A stretch of DNA of 62,951 bases, the filler included, from Octopus bimaculoides (taxonomy: Eukaryota): NCBI RefSeq assembly GCF_001194135.2. It is 5 parts of 5 records of this genome, joined end to end, with 100 filler letters (N's around TTAATTAATTAA, not from the genome) between each part and the next. Parts side by side here need not be neighbours in the genome. Positions count along the whole stretch, not along the records: positions 1 to 30,905 come from NC_068983.1; 4 more parts are not named here. One strand, 5' to 3'. Positions 1 through 12,849 of the stretch are shown piece after piece (within the stretch, counting starts at the first letter, position 1; each line of letters starts with the position of its first letter). The notes under the pieces are model-generated. The model was not told where the DNA came from. It worked only from the letters and a program-made list of their open reading frames with translations, and made no database searches. The position numbers were made by a program, and so were the translations under genes.

Positions 1-47
<47 letters not shown>
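1..47. repeat. (CA)n microsatellite
   Basis: Pure CA run at the window start. Confidence 0.98.
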
Positions 48-49
<2 letters not shown>

Positions 50-112
50 GCGGACGGACGGACGGAAACATTTAATTTCCAGAAGTCAGTGAAGATAGTG
101 ATATATTCAAAC

Positions 113-647
113 CATGCTACAAATGTAAAGCATATCACGCATATAAATCTTGATGTAAACATAAATGTTGATAAAAAAGTAAACCTTTGATACAGATATA
201 AACGTTGATATAAATGTGGACCATGGTACAAATGTAATCAATGGTACAAATGCGAATATTTATACAGAAATAAATAATGATACAAATATAAACATTTATA
301 CAAATGTAAATCTAAGGGCCAGCAATTTTAGGAGATGGGTTAAGTTGATTACATCAATCTCAGTAACCGACTGGTACTTAGTTTATTGACCCCCAAAAAG
401 ATGAAAGGCATAGTTGACACTGGCAGCATTTGCATCCAGAATGTAAAGACAGACGAAATACCACGAAGCATTTTCCCCAAAGTGTTAATGATTCTGCCAG
501 CTCACTACCTTCTTGATACTAATGTAAATATTGATAAATGATGTAAACTTTGATAAGTGTGTGAACATATGTAAATCATAAACATTGATACAAATATGAA
601 CATTTATACAAAAGTAAATAAAATGAATGTAAACATTGATATGAATG
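113..647. repeat. Degenerate 18-bp minisatellite (consensus ~GATACAAATGTAAACATT), left part; interrupted by a SINE at ~314-510
   Basis: Repeated units such as gatacaaatataaacatt, tatacaaatgtaaatcta and gatacaaatatgaacatt on both sides of the SINE. Confidence 0.8.
314..510 (-). mobile_element. SINE family B (GGCGAGCTGGCAGAA head), decayed copy
   Basis: Reverse complement aligns with the + strand copies at 57561, 61907 and 62706 (ctgccagctc; atgaaaggc; gtacttagtttattgacccc). Confidence 0.85.
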
Positions 648-1095
648 TGTAGCAAGTCAGAAAAACTATTTTTGTTGTTGCATCATAGCACAGTTGTGCT
701 ATGGCATACTCCAGCCAATCAGGGCTGGGCACGTATGAATACTAGAAGCAGTTCTCTGCCCTAGCAGAGAAGTGGGAGTTTTAAATGAGTTAGCGGATAG
801 CCAGCAGAAGAGTAACATCTCTCTTTCAACATGGAACAGCTTTTTGTTTGTACATCAATTTCGTGCAGCGAACTCAGAATTATATCAGCTCTCGACTTAC
901 ATTAGATATAAGATTTAGTGGTAAGTGATAACAGCTTTCCATGTCTCATACACACACAGTGGCTACACTCCTACTACCTGTCAGTTCTTGTTAATTGATA
1001 AAATATTTTCGCTTTTTTTCCTTTTACCAACTTTCAAACGATAAATATATCCTCACTAACTGGTGACCTTTCTCTAAATTGGTGACTTTTTTACA
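648..1095 (+). repeat. 5' LTR
   Basis: Starts tgtagcaagtcag, ends ttttttaca; colinear with 2479-3032. Confidence 0.88.
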
Positions 1096-1304
1096 TTGGT
1101 GATGACTCAACATCAAAATATGTCTTCAGAGAAATATTTTTGAAAGAAAACAAACAAACCACTAGCGACATACGTAACATACTAGCTTCATTTTTCACTT
1201 AAACCATGTGGGTGCATTTGTTTTCAATATGGCTACCCTTCTTGCCAGCTGGACTCAATGTGCATATCTGGCCTCACTTTGGATTAATTTTCTTGCACAC
1301 CACC

Positions 1305-2235
1305 ATGGTCACATCATAGACAAAGATGGCATTCGACTTCTACCAGACAAAGTTTGAGTTATCGAGGACACTCCTCCAACAACTTCCCTTCATCAGTTAC
1401 ACCACTTCTTTGGCTAACTTAACTTCTATTGTCTATTCATTCCTTACTGTACTGGACTCCTGTCTCCACTCACTGAGCTTCTCCAGAACTGATGCATGAA
1501 GAATGAAACCATTTCACTGACTCCTACTCAGACCAAAGCATTTGATGCTGTGAAACATGAACTTCTAACGCAACTCTCCTTGCATACTCTGTCTCCAATT
1601 CAAAGCTTTTGCTTGTGGTTGATATAACAGACACTGCAATCGATGTTGTTTTACAGCAATTTCATCAGCAACACTTGCAAACCTCTTACCTTTGCCTTGT
1701 GGTCCAAGCCAGAGAAGTACTCACCAAGAGAGACTCAACACCTTGACGTTATATCACAATTCACCAACGATACTCAATACATCTCCAGTGCACAAAACAC
1801 TTCTGTAGATGCATTGTCTCATCTGCCAATCAATTCTTTAGCATCCAATGTAGATATCCACCTGAATGTTTTGTCCTCAGATCAACCTCCTCTGGACTCA
1901 ATCAAGATGTCTTCTCCTGAACTTGCAACATGCAAATTCAAATATTTGCCATTGCCAACCTCTGCCAAACAGATCCTGTGTGACGTATCAACAGATTCAC
2001 CTTGTCTCTTCATTCCAGAGATCCATAGACAAGCTGTTTTTGAAGCCCTGCCTAATCTATTGCATCCTGGGGCCTCAACTTCAGTGAAGCTCATTACGGC
2101 TAGATTCTTCTGGCCAACATAAGGTGTGACATCACTGACTGGTCTTGGTATTGCCTCCATTGCCCACTGTCAATGTTGTACCCCTTGGCACCTTCAGCAT
2201 ATCAGATACACACTTCTGTCACACCCACATTGATC
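1305..2235 (+). pseudogene. gypsy pol remnant (RT thumb, RNase H end, integrase zinc-binding region and core start)
   Basis: Manual translation gives GIRLLPDKV*VI...FFG*LNFYCLFIP (RT), KPLTFA...SPRETQHLDVISQF...DALSHL (RNase H), CDVST...HPGASTSVKLITARFFWP and FCHTHIDLVG (integrase), with stops and frameshifts. Confidence 0.88.
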
Positions 2236-2478
2236 TTGTTGGATCCTGGCCCGTCAGACTGTATATTATATATATATATATATATATATATGAACTTGCT
2301 CTAAGTGCCTGTCATTTTCTCATTTTTGTATACATGCCTTTTCTGGCATTTGTAATATTGCTTTTCTTGATGTACTCATGCTTTTCCCTTGTTTGAGCAT
2401 TTCATTCTGCATAATCATCTTCTTTTTTGCCACATTACTGTTGCTTGTATCAACTTGTAGTCTGTAGACTTGTAGTAA

Positions 2479-3032
2479 TGTAGCAAATCAGGAAAGCTAG
2501 TTTTGTTGTCGTATCATAGCACAGTTGTTCTATGGAATACTCAAGCCAATCAGGGCTGGGCACATATGAATACTAGAGGCAGTTCTCTGCCCTAGCAGAG
2601 AAGTGGGAGTTTTAAATCAGTTAGTAGATAGCCAGCAGAAGAGTAACATCTCTCTTTCAACATGGAACAGCTTTTCATTTTCACATCAACTTCACACAGC
2701 TAACTCTGAATTATATCATATCTCAACTGGTAATACCATGAACAGCTTTTCACTTGCACATCAACTTGGCACAGCTAACTCTGAATTATATTGGCTCTCG
2801 ACTTACCACTAAATTCTTATTTCTAACATAAGTGATAACAGCTTTCCCTGACTCACACACACACGGGCTACACTCTTATTACTTGTCAGCTCATGTTGAT
2901 TAAAAAATATTTTGTCATAAAAAATGCTTTCTGATATTTTTCCTTCAACCAACTTTCACGCAATAAATGCACCCTTACTAAATGGTAACCTTTCACTAAA
3001 TTGGTGACTTTCTACACTGGTAATTTTTTACA
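2479..3032 (+). repeat. 3' LTR, with an extra ~77-bp internal duplication
   Basis: Starts tgtagcaaatcagg, ends ttttttaca. The segment catg(g)aacagcttttca...gaattatat occurs twice here but once in the 5' LTR. Confidence 0.88.
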
Positions 3033-3702
3033 AGTGTAAACCTTGATATAAATGTAAACATTGACATAAGTGAGCCTTAAAACAAATCTAAACATCAACA
3101 CTTTGTTAATATATTTCAGTTGAAATACTTTGCCTTTCAACCAATTTTTAAAATAATGAAGAATTTAGTTAAGTAAGTTTGTCATTGTTAAGCTGATGTT
3201 TAGAAGATAAATTAACATGGGATTTTGATGGAAGATTTTAATTTAAATCGATTTAAAAGTGGAAGTTTGAATCATAGAACCTAGAGAAAGTTTCAGATGG
3301 GTTGGTGTCAAATGGGTTAACATATAAGTAAACTTTGATACAAGATTAAGCATTGTCTCTGATGTAAATAACTGGCACTTGATCTGATCAATGGAACAGC
3401 CTGCTCGTGAAATTAACATGAGCACTCCACAGACATGTGTATTCTTAACATAGTTCTTAGGGTGAGTCAGCATGATGCAGAATGTGACAAGGTTGGTCCT
3501 TTGAGTAACAGTTACAACTTATTTTTGCCAGCTGAGTGGACTGAAGCAACATGAAATAAAGTGTCTTGCTCAAGAACACAATGCACTGCTGGGAATTGAA
3601 CTCATGATCTTAATTTTGTGAGCTGAATACCATAACTTCTGAGCCATATGCCCTTGATCTAAAGCTTAGCACAGATTTAAACCTTGATACAAGTGTAAAT
3701 CT
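3033..3702. repeat. Continuation of the 18-bp minisatellite (units at ~3033-3070, ~3325-3350, ~3678-3702)
   Basis: agtgtaaaccttgatataaatgtaaacattgac directly after the 3' LTR; aaccttgatacaagtgtaaatct after the SINE. Confidence 0.65.
3370..3660 (-). mobile_element. SINE family C (tRNA-like head), CpG-decayed
   Basis: gatctgatcaatggaacagcctgctcgtgaaattaac and gagcactccacagac are shared with the copy at 50299-50692. Confidence 0.8.
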
Positions 3703-3844
3703 AATTTTGAAAATAATTATTAAAAAATTAGATTGTCTCAATGGGTGGTGTTGACTTCTATTGACTTTTATTGACTTCTTCAATAAAAACATTTAAGAAG
3801 TTAAATCTATAAATATTTTATTACAAGTGACAAAATTCACTGGT

Positions 3845-4065
3845 TTAACCCTTTAGTAATTAAACTGACCATATCAGGTCCAAAATTTCTTCCTGTTTTA
3901 TGTTCAAACTGGTCAAATCTGGCTTGTCATACCTATCCTACAATTCTAAAAGTAAGCAATCATCACAGAACTCTTGAAGCAACAAGATAATGGATGATTA
4001 AATCAAAACAATGTGAATAAATTGGTATTACATTTGACAGCATAATCTGAGTGCTTGGGGGTTAA
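3845..4065. mobile_element. ~220-bp TTAA-flanked MITE (TTAACCC...GGGTTAA, piggyBac-like ends)
   Basis: ttaaccc...gggttaa termini; homologous to 28422-28647 and (inverted) 43609-43836. Confidence 0.75.
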
Positions 4066-5869
4066 AAAAGTTATTTCCAAGGTTTCTTATATACTTCTTA
4101 CAATCCAACAGCATTCCTATGTTCAGATAATTTCATTCAATTTTTTTTATTGCAGTTAACTTGTATTATTAAGATCAACTGCAAGAAACAAAATATTCCT
4201 ATACAATATTGATTTCTATGAATGCTTCACTATAACTTCTATTACCTGTGTTTTAGAACTTCATAACCATCAACATTTACATAGTGCACATGCTCAATGA
4301 CTGCTGACACCATTTTCTGCATTGATCAAAAAGTGTTGGTTTCCCCTCTCTGTAAAACCTCAATAACTAAAAACTTCATAAGAAGTGTTTCCAGATCAGT
4401 TCCACTGTGTGGATAATATTTTATAATACTTTTACAGACTATGATGACTGATAAGTTCACATCAAGAAGTGACCAAATCTTTCACCAGATTTGTAACAAA
4501 GTTATACAGGAAATACATTCACAACTGTTAAGGAGGAGGGGAACAGGATGGTGATGGGAGGAGAAGACAATGGAGACGAATAAGAATGGAGGAGGGATGA
4601 TATTGATGATGATTAATCAAAAGTTGATACTAAATGTTTCTTACAGTATTTTAAAATCAAATTCTTTTGATAACCATGACATGGTAATGAACTCTCATCG
4701 ATTTATTCTCTGCTGAAAATTCTTTGTTGCCTGACCATGTATAAAAATAAACAAAGTTTGTACTTAGGACAGTGTCATTATGCTGAAGTATTCAAATATT
4801 GAATGAATACATTGCTTACATTGTAATTTATTTTCGGTATTATTTCATTTAAATCATTTATTTGCAATTTTAAAGAGAATCAATTTTACCCCAAAGCTAA
4901 CTTTGATGAATTTCCTTTTTTCTTCTAGAATCTTTCAAAATGTTTGATTAGAAATTTCTGCATTTATTTATGCCCACAGCATAAACAGAAAGTAGCAATA
5001 AAAATGCATTTGTTTCAATATAAAATAATAAATTTGAAATTCTAAAACATTGAATATGAACATTTATAAATAGTGCAAAACACAACAAAACTTACTAATT
5101 TTTAATTATTTCTTAATTTGAATGTTATTCAACAGTCACTTTAATTATTCAAAATATAATGTAAATAAATGCTAGCTGTTGAGATGAATCAGTGCTGAAA
5201 ATTTATTATTGAATTCTGAGCTAGTATCAAAGAAGAGAAATCAAAAGCATTCGCAGGCCCAGGTGAGGAGTAAGATTTTATATAGAATTTAATATGGTAA
5301 TATTTTGTATAGAATTTAAATAGAATTTATAAATCTAGTGATTTCTCAATTATTATACATTCACAATTATTAATTAGAGATTATTCTTTAACTTATAAAA
5401 GAAATCAAATACCTAATAAATCTATATTACTTTCTTAGTACAACTAATAAAGAATGAAATATTTAAATAAAGCAAACATTCTCAGTCAAATTCTTTAGAA
5501 TATATTATAGTCAATGGTAACAATATTTTGTACTAGTCAAATTTTGTACCCCTCTTCTTGTCTCCCATAATTTATAAGAATGTGATTACATTAGACCTTA
5601 GTATAATTTAGTCTCTGGAAGATGGTAAGATGGCAAATTCAGTTAAGCATAGCACACAATGCTTACTAGCATTTAGTTGCTTTCTTGAATGGCCTTAGTT
5701 CAAAATTTACTTTATCTTTCAATCTCCAAGGATTGAGAGAATAAATACTGATCAATTACTGGGATTTGTTGAATTGATAATACTCCTTAAACATGCAGCC
5801 TTGTGTCTATGTTAGAAATCAATAAAGTCAGGCCATCATAATTAATATTTTATCTGTTTTTAGTGATAC

Positions 5870-5960
5870 CTAAGACTACTTATGAAATATGTCACTCTCT
5901 CCCTTCCCAACCCAGGAGGAGACTTGAAGGAGATCTGTTTTCTATAACTAATACATTGAG
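5870..5960 (+). pseudogene. Possible CR1/L2-type LINE C-terminal fragment
   Basis: HSLPSQPRRRLEGDL resembles the L.LPSL..RR.RGDL motif; very short. Confidence 0.3.
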
Positions 5961-7139
5961 TAACTACATAAAGACTCCCACCTCTACCCTACTTGTTTGG
6001 ACTAAGTGTGCAAAGATTTGTTTGTATAATGAGATTTTGTATTAATTAGTTTATGTATTTATATGTAATTAAGATAAGTAAATTATCATTATTTATTTAT
6101 TATATTAGAAATTATAACTTTCAGAAATTATCTGCTGCTTATTTTTCAGAAAAATCTGCTGCTGCTGCCACTATCTATTCTTGAGTAAAATCCCATCTAT
6201 TAAAGGAATATTTGCAAATTCTGTCTGAACAAGCAGAATGGGTTAACTTCTAATCTGAATTACTACTAGTACCCACCCTGGTACTACAGGCTAGCCACTC
6301 TTTAATTACAGCCAACTACCAATATACTACAAGCTGCCCCAATTTTCCATTTGTAGAATTTCATACACTGCAATTATCATAACAGCCAGCCTATTGTAAG
6401 TTTCTCCTTCATCTTTCTTCCATTTCAAGGAATTCATTCACTCCAAACAAAATCACTGTAAGCCCTCTCCTTCCTCCCTCTTGGTTCTTTAGTTCCTCAG
6501 TATCAGTACTCTTAGCAGAACTATTGAGAGATGTGAGCCATAATGAAGCTGACTTAATGTAAGGAGTACAGAAAGTCTGAAAATTTTGCACAGGAGAAAC
6601 ACAGCCTCTGCAAGCCATAATGAAGGCAACCTATATTGAAGAGCAGCAATCCTGAATAAAATTGATACAATGTAGATGGGGCAATTTAGTTCTGACAGAC
6701 CTCTGGTGCTAGTGAAACAATATAAATGTTCCCAACTCATGATGTAAAGATGTTGCTGTAAAAATGCATTAAAACATGACAATCAAATCAAATCAAAACA
6801 TTAATTGCATATACAGGACTAACACAATATCAGTGTTGTCCTTGGTGGGAGATTGGTCAGGTGAAAACATGTAACAATGTATGAGAACCCTCTGTTTGTT
6901 ATCAAACAATCATAAAAACTGTATTTTAAATGCTAAAAACAGATATTATATAACAATCCACCCATGACTGGTTATTGGTACAAAACTTTGCCAGTGCAAT
7001 GAAAGATAGATCTGGAAAATGTACAGAGATACTGGAGCAGAGGTGACTGAATGTGCACTGTGTACAAGAGGTTAGATGGAGAGGAGGTTTAGCTAGATTC
7101 CTCCCAAACAAAGGAAACACTTCTTCTGTATTGATAACA

Positions 7140-8850
7140 AGATTTGGGTGAATGGTGTAGATATACTGTTGGCAGAGAAATGGATAGATAATGTAATTAG
7201 TCAGGGTATGTAATCAGAGTATGACAGAATAGTTAACCTTAGATGTGAGCAGCATAACAGCATCAATTACTTCTGTGTATACATCCAAATCAGAGCTGAC
7301 AGATGAGGAGAAAGATCCTATTTCTATGAGACCCTCTTGCAAGATACCTCATTAATGAATGACAGCAACCTTGATATTACAGCTGAGGACTTTAATTGAC
7401 TTGTTAGGTAACAACATGATTGATAGTTAGGTGTACGAGGAAGCTATGAATATGATACAAAAATGAGAAAGGATCAAGACTCTCAGAGTTTGATGATGCA
7501 AATGAACCAACCATCTGCAACACTAACTAAAGGAAAATAAACCAACCATCTGACCACCAATCAATCAGGTGAACATACAAACCAGATAAACAGAGTATTG
7601 AAAAAATACTAGATCTTTTCCTGGTGAAGAATGGTCAAATCAATATTGGCTACTGATTAGTAACTTCAGAATAGAAGCTAGATGCACTCAGAAACACAGG
7701 ACAGTCTGGAGAAAGAATGAGAACTGATATAAATTTTCTGCCAGACATAAGTTCCGAGTGGTTACAGGAAACATGTGCAGAGAAGGAGAAGGAGATAGAA
7801 ACTATAATATAGAGAAGACAATTGGGAATTTCTACAAGACAATCTATTGCAAGCCGCCTATCAACTGTGTGGCGGGAACAAAATACCAGTAAAACAGAAG
7901 GTTACATGATGGTGGAATGAAAGAACAGAGCCATAAAAGCTAAGATATGGGCCTGGAGAGACTGAAATGAAGCAGGGAACTGTGAGTAAGAGAAGCTAGA
8001 TGTCAGGTGCATGTGGTTCAAAGAGAAGCTAAAAGTAGACCATTTGGTGATGTTCAATTTGCAGAAAGGCAGTAGATAGAATTTCCATAAAATGTATCAG
8101 GTGGAAACTCTGGACATGTAAAAGTATGACAGTATCACAAGTAAGTTGACTGAAAAGGAAGACTTTGCATATAACTGACACACACAGGAGTAGTTAGCTG
8201 TAAGAATGCTTTTAAAGTTCTCAGTAGTCAATAGATTCTCTTAACAAGGTAAACTACTTAGCAGAGGAAGAGGTATTCCAAAAGTATAGTTGCCAGAGTA
8301 AGAATGGGGGAGGAGAAAGTTTAGGGAGATATTATCTCTGTTATCAATAAAGGGAGTCTGTTTCCTGAGTAAAGGGCAAATTGTATAAGCATGTATACAA
8401 TGTGCAGTAATAAATGATAGTGAATGTTAAACATATGTGAATGCTGGAAAGAAACGATCCACTGGTTGTGCATGAATGCCAGAGAACAAATGAATTCAGA
8501 AAAACTGAGCATAGGAGGAACCAGTTATCATGTGTGAGAGAAGATACTGTTGGGTAAAGAAGTACTAAGTGGAACAAGTGGAAAAAATGTGAGTGAAGAA
8601 TGAAAGCACTGAGGTGGGGGTGAGGAGGAATAGGTACAGTGGCAAAAGCTGATCTGAAGATGCTGAACCTCACTGAGGAGGTGTTGAATGATTGAAACAA
8701 ATAGAGAGATTCTGTTTTGAAGAAGACATGTATAACCCATGCCAGCATGGAAATATAAATGTGAAAATAATAATGATGGTGATGATGATGATGGTGGTGA
8801 TGATGATGGTGATGATGATGATGATGATGATGATGATGGCATTGGTGGTG
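7140..8850 (+). mobile_element. Old RTE-clade LINE with internal deletion and (GAT)n tail
   Basis: Frameshifted GVDILLAEKWIDNVI (APE endonuclease), DANE..ICNTN, PGEE, VT*WWNE, KGKLY; 3' end acccatgccagcatggaa followed by (GAT)n. Colinear with the younger fragments at 30670 and 44581. Confidence 0.82.
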
Positions 8851-9129
8851 GCAGTGATATCAGTGATGATGAAGAGAAGAGGGAGGAGGAGGAAGCTAGA
8901 AGCAGGAGGAGATAACTGCAAGATAGGAAGAGCTTGATTAATGTGCTGATCTTGTGAACTACACTCAGACATATGTAACAACTCCAAGTCAGTAGAAATG
9001 TTGAGAACATATTTTCTGTATTCTACTGTATTACTTGAAGGGTACATTTGCTTTTGTCTTTTGTATATGAGGCTTCCTTCAAATTAATTTTGTCAGAAAC
9101 CTGACACTGAAAAATGTTTAGATCTTCCG

Positions 9130-9176
9130 TGTGTGTGTGTGTTTATACAATATATATGTATGTGTGTGTTCATGTA

Positions 9177-9214
<38 letters not shown>

Positions 9215-9325
9215 ACATATATGTATGTATGTGTGTGTGTGTACATGAGTGTGTATGTGTATTTATAATATATATATGTCTGTATGTATGTAAGTGTGTG
9301 TGTGCATGTGTGTGTATGTGTTGTT
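9130..9325. repeat. Compound (GT)n/(AT)n microsatellite
   Basis: Direct reading. Confidence 0.9.
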
Positions 9326-10574
9326 ATTTGTGATTCTCATTTCAACACTTATCATTTCCTAAATTGATTTCATGTGATTGTTAATTATGAACAAACACTT
9401 ATTTATATTTCCTCTTTCAGTTTATCTTGCTTCTAGTGCATTTTAAATCTAAAACATTTTATCATTATTATTAACTCAGGAAAAAGTCAGAGATACATTA
9501 TTTGAAGCTGTAATAATTCTTCATAAATTGCAAGAACCTAGCTTTCTCTGAATAATTCAATGTTTTTTATTCAGGTTGTATTTTCAACTGGTTAGAAATT
9601 TACTCTTAGAATTGTCATGTCAATCAATACTCTTTGCGTCCTTCTAATTACATTTATGTTTTGTTAATAAATGATTGTTGCACAATCTTCCTTTTGTGAG
9701 TATTTTTAATAGTTGTCTGTATTGTTATCTCCTGCTTCTTCATTTTGTTTGTAGTTTTTACCATTACTGGTTGCATGCCACAAAGAACAAGTTGAGAGTT
9801 CATGCTGACATCATACAGAACAACTTTATAGAAGGTAGTTTTTTAATAAATTACAACAAAGAAAAGAAAAAAATCCATTTATAATCATACTTTCATTTCC
9901 ATATATGGTTTGAGAATAGCATTTCAAAAAATTATACTCATAACAGTTAATGAAACTAAACAAGTTTCATCCAATGTGCAACTTTTTGAAAATAAACTGT
10001 TTTATTTTAATATAGAATTAGGATGGAGCCTGTTGCAATAACTTTTCAGAGAATGGTACATGAGATTTTCAAAGTATATAATTTTGTTTAAGGGTTTATG
10101 AAATTATTTCAATGACATTAAATTTTAGAAAAAATTCTCTTAAATAATTGCAGTATAAAATTCATAAAATTGAAAACAAAATACTTTACAATAATATAGT
10201 CTTTGATAATGAAAGAGAGAAATATTTCCCTCTAGTGTTAATGTTTCAATGAAGAGAGAAATATTTTTATTTGAAATTTATTCATGATTTTATTTGAGCT
10301 GAATCCTATTGTGAACAATTCTGTGAAAATAAATCCCTTTCAACAATGTTTCTTTCTTTTTTTTTCCAGTCATTGTATAAATCATGCAAATTGGATTTAA
10401 AAGCTTTCAAATTTATTATTTTAAAAATATTACAAATTTGAAACTTTGAAAAGCAAGAACTAATTCAAGGATTATATTTCATGAAATAAAGGGACAAACA
10501 GGCATTAAACCTCAAAAAATATTTTGTTTGTTTACTTGAGTGTTATTTTTTATGTATGCATGTATATATGTATT

Positions 10575-11010
10575 TTGTCAGTTCATAAATGTCTTTGACA
10601 GCCATTTGCTGTCTTCCCCTCAACACTTTCTGTCAGGATGGTCTTTGGCAGTGACTCATAGCACATTGTATGTCTAAAATATTATAGTTTTGTGGATTTA
10701 ATTCTCAACAGTAGGTATCTTTGGACTTTCAACTTTTCTAGTACTTCAAAATTTATTATCTTGTCTTTGCAGCTTAACCTGCTCAATCTGCAAAAGATCC
10801 ACATCTCAAATGCTTCTATCTTTTACACTGTAGCTATGTACATTGTCCAAGTTTCTGTAGATAATTGGCATAATACAACAGTTTTCTAGCCCAGTTTAAA
10901 TGCAGAGTTGTGTCTTTTGAATTGAAAAATGTTTTCATTCTTGAAACGTTGTTTTGGCTTTATTATTCATTCTTTGATTGTGTAGCACAGATGTTCAGGT
11001 CCTTCAAATT
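10575..11010 (-). pseudogene. RTE-like LINE RT C-terminal fragment
   Basis: Minus-strand ETWTM, IEAFEMWIFCRL, KDKIINFEVLEK motifs with stops. Confidence 0.7.
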
Positions 11011-11019
11011 CCTCTCTAT

Positions 11020-11125
11020 GCTGTTCAAACTATGAAATGCAGCTAGTACATTCCAACGTTTTGTCAACAAGGTTGTCCGGAGTATGGACTTCATTTTCGC
11101 TTATGCAGATGACATTCTAAACTGT
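11020..11125 (+). pseudogene. gypsy RT catalytic fragment
   Basis: F.L*NAASTFQRFVNKVVRSMDFIFAYADDIL, matching the gypsy RT YxDD block. Confidence 0.8.
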
Positions 11126-12460
11126 CATTCTGGAGCTTTCTGCTAACATATGCATGCATGGCCTTCTGCTGATATACATTCATCATTTCATCTAATGATA
11201 TGCTGTGGTAGAGTCATGCAACTTCTTTGGACATGTATTCAAGGTTATCAGACAAGAAGTGTTGCTTAAGGAACTGCTTTATAAGTCTCATGATGTTATC
11301 TGCCTCATGTGTATAAACTTGGCCAAGCGAAGCACTTTGACACTTGATGGTTAAAGGATGTTGCTGAAGGGCTATGATATGACATTCAAAGTCAATCTGG
11401 ATTGATGTTAAGCCTCTGTCTACTTGATTTCATTTCAGGTAGAGGAAGTGTACATCACTGTTGATGTGAAAATTATTTATGCTGGTCAGTATCTTCTAGA
11501 TTTTCACATCAAATAACTCAGATCTCATCAAGTGTCCAGTCAGGTAGCCTAAATGTTGGTATGAGTGCTGGTACTGCAAACACATTGTGAACCACTGTTT
11601 TATTAAATGCAGATAGTTCTGAGGTCCATATTTTTTTTATTTAGCTGTAATATTCATTAGTTACATGTGCCTTGTTTCAGGTAACATTGTAAGGTATGCT
11701 TTTATCTATCCCCAGGTACCTGTAATATAAGGGTATCACCATCAATGACGTATGTCTTGGGTGCAATGCAGAGACAATAATTGCTTCGAATTACTTCCAG
11801 CCATAGAGCATCTTGGTTAAACTCCATCTCTTCATTCCAGATTTTCCTCCAGAAGGGAGACTATGTTTTCTCTCAAAGGAGCTTCTATGACATTTATTGC
11901 TTTTCCTCTCATGTCTCTGTACATGCTACCTGGTTCTGGTTAAATTTTCTGCTTATTATTTTTCTTTTGGTTTTTCTCCTTTGATGTCTGCGTTTCTCAG
12001 TAACACCTTTTACCTACTGCTGATCAGTTTGCAATTGAATGTTCTCTTTTTTATTGTTTCCAAACATCACTTCTATCTCTTTCTTCACTTTTTGTTGGTA
12101 AATCATAAAGTGATTTGCTTGTTTGCAACCAATAAGCTTTGTCACATGGCAGATGGTCTTCAGTAAATCATATATCTTTTTCTCTGTCTTTAAGAACCAT
12201 GATGGCTTTTTGAGTGTCATTCATGTACTACTTTGCAGTAGTAGACAGAGTATACAAAGAGGTGCTAATCTGCCAGAATGGGGATTCATTACACTGCTGT
12301 AAATACTCCTCTCCGAGTTTATTAATAACATTTAATATTGTGTCTGTTGGTCTTTTGCTTACTTTGGTAGAGAATATTTTCACTTGAAAAGAGTACTTCA
12401 AAGTCAAAGTTATTGTTTCTTGAAAAATTTTATTAAGGGGATGTTTCACTAATATATAAC
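11126..12460 (-). mobile_element. Old R4/Dong-like (RLE) LINE remnant with internal deletion
   Basis: Minus strand gives PSWFLKTEKKI, MYRDMRGK...FWRKIWNE, HNVFAVPALIPTF..DWTLDEI, NNFHINSDVHFLYLK..DRGLTSI and KAMHAY. Confidence 0.72.
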
Positions 12461-12849
12461 CCTGACTACTACAATGACTGTTGTGGTTGTGCCTGCTACT
12501 GCTATTTATCTTAGTGGTAGTAGAGGGACAGTGGTCAGTTGCTGTATTGAAGTTTGGCTGGCAGGTGTATGTTATCTGTTGGAATGTTGCTAAATGTGAA
12601 ACTACATGGTGTGGAGAAGTGAATTTATTTTTATATCTTTGCTATTTTCAAAGTATAATTTACAGAGAATTCATTTAGCAATTAAGAACAATTACCATAC
12701 AACAAAGCTAATAAACATTGCAGAGCAATGAGAAAAAAGAGAACTGAAATAAATAACTTTCTACTGTGTTGTAATATTCTTCACAGTTTTGTTCGTTCTG
12801 TTCAGAATAACATTCATTTTAGATCTTTTTTTAATAAAGTTACATTTAT

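Larger units (their letters stand above)
648..3032 (+). mobile_element. Ty3/gypsy LTR retrotransposon, internally deleted and decayed
   Basis: Two homologous LTRs with TGT...ACA ends (648-1095 and 2479-3032). PBS-like TGGTGATGAC follows the 5' LTR. Pol remnants are in RT-RNaseH-integrase order. A 4-bp TSD-like pair AATG/AGTG flanks it. Confidence 0.9.
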
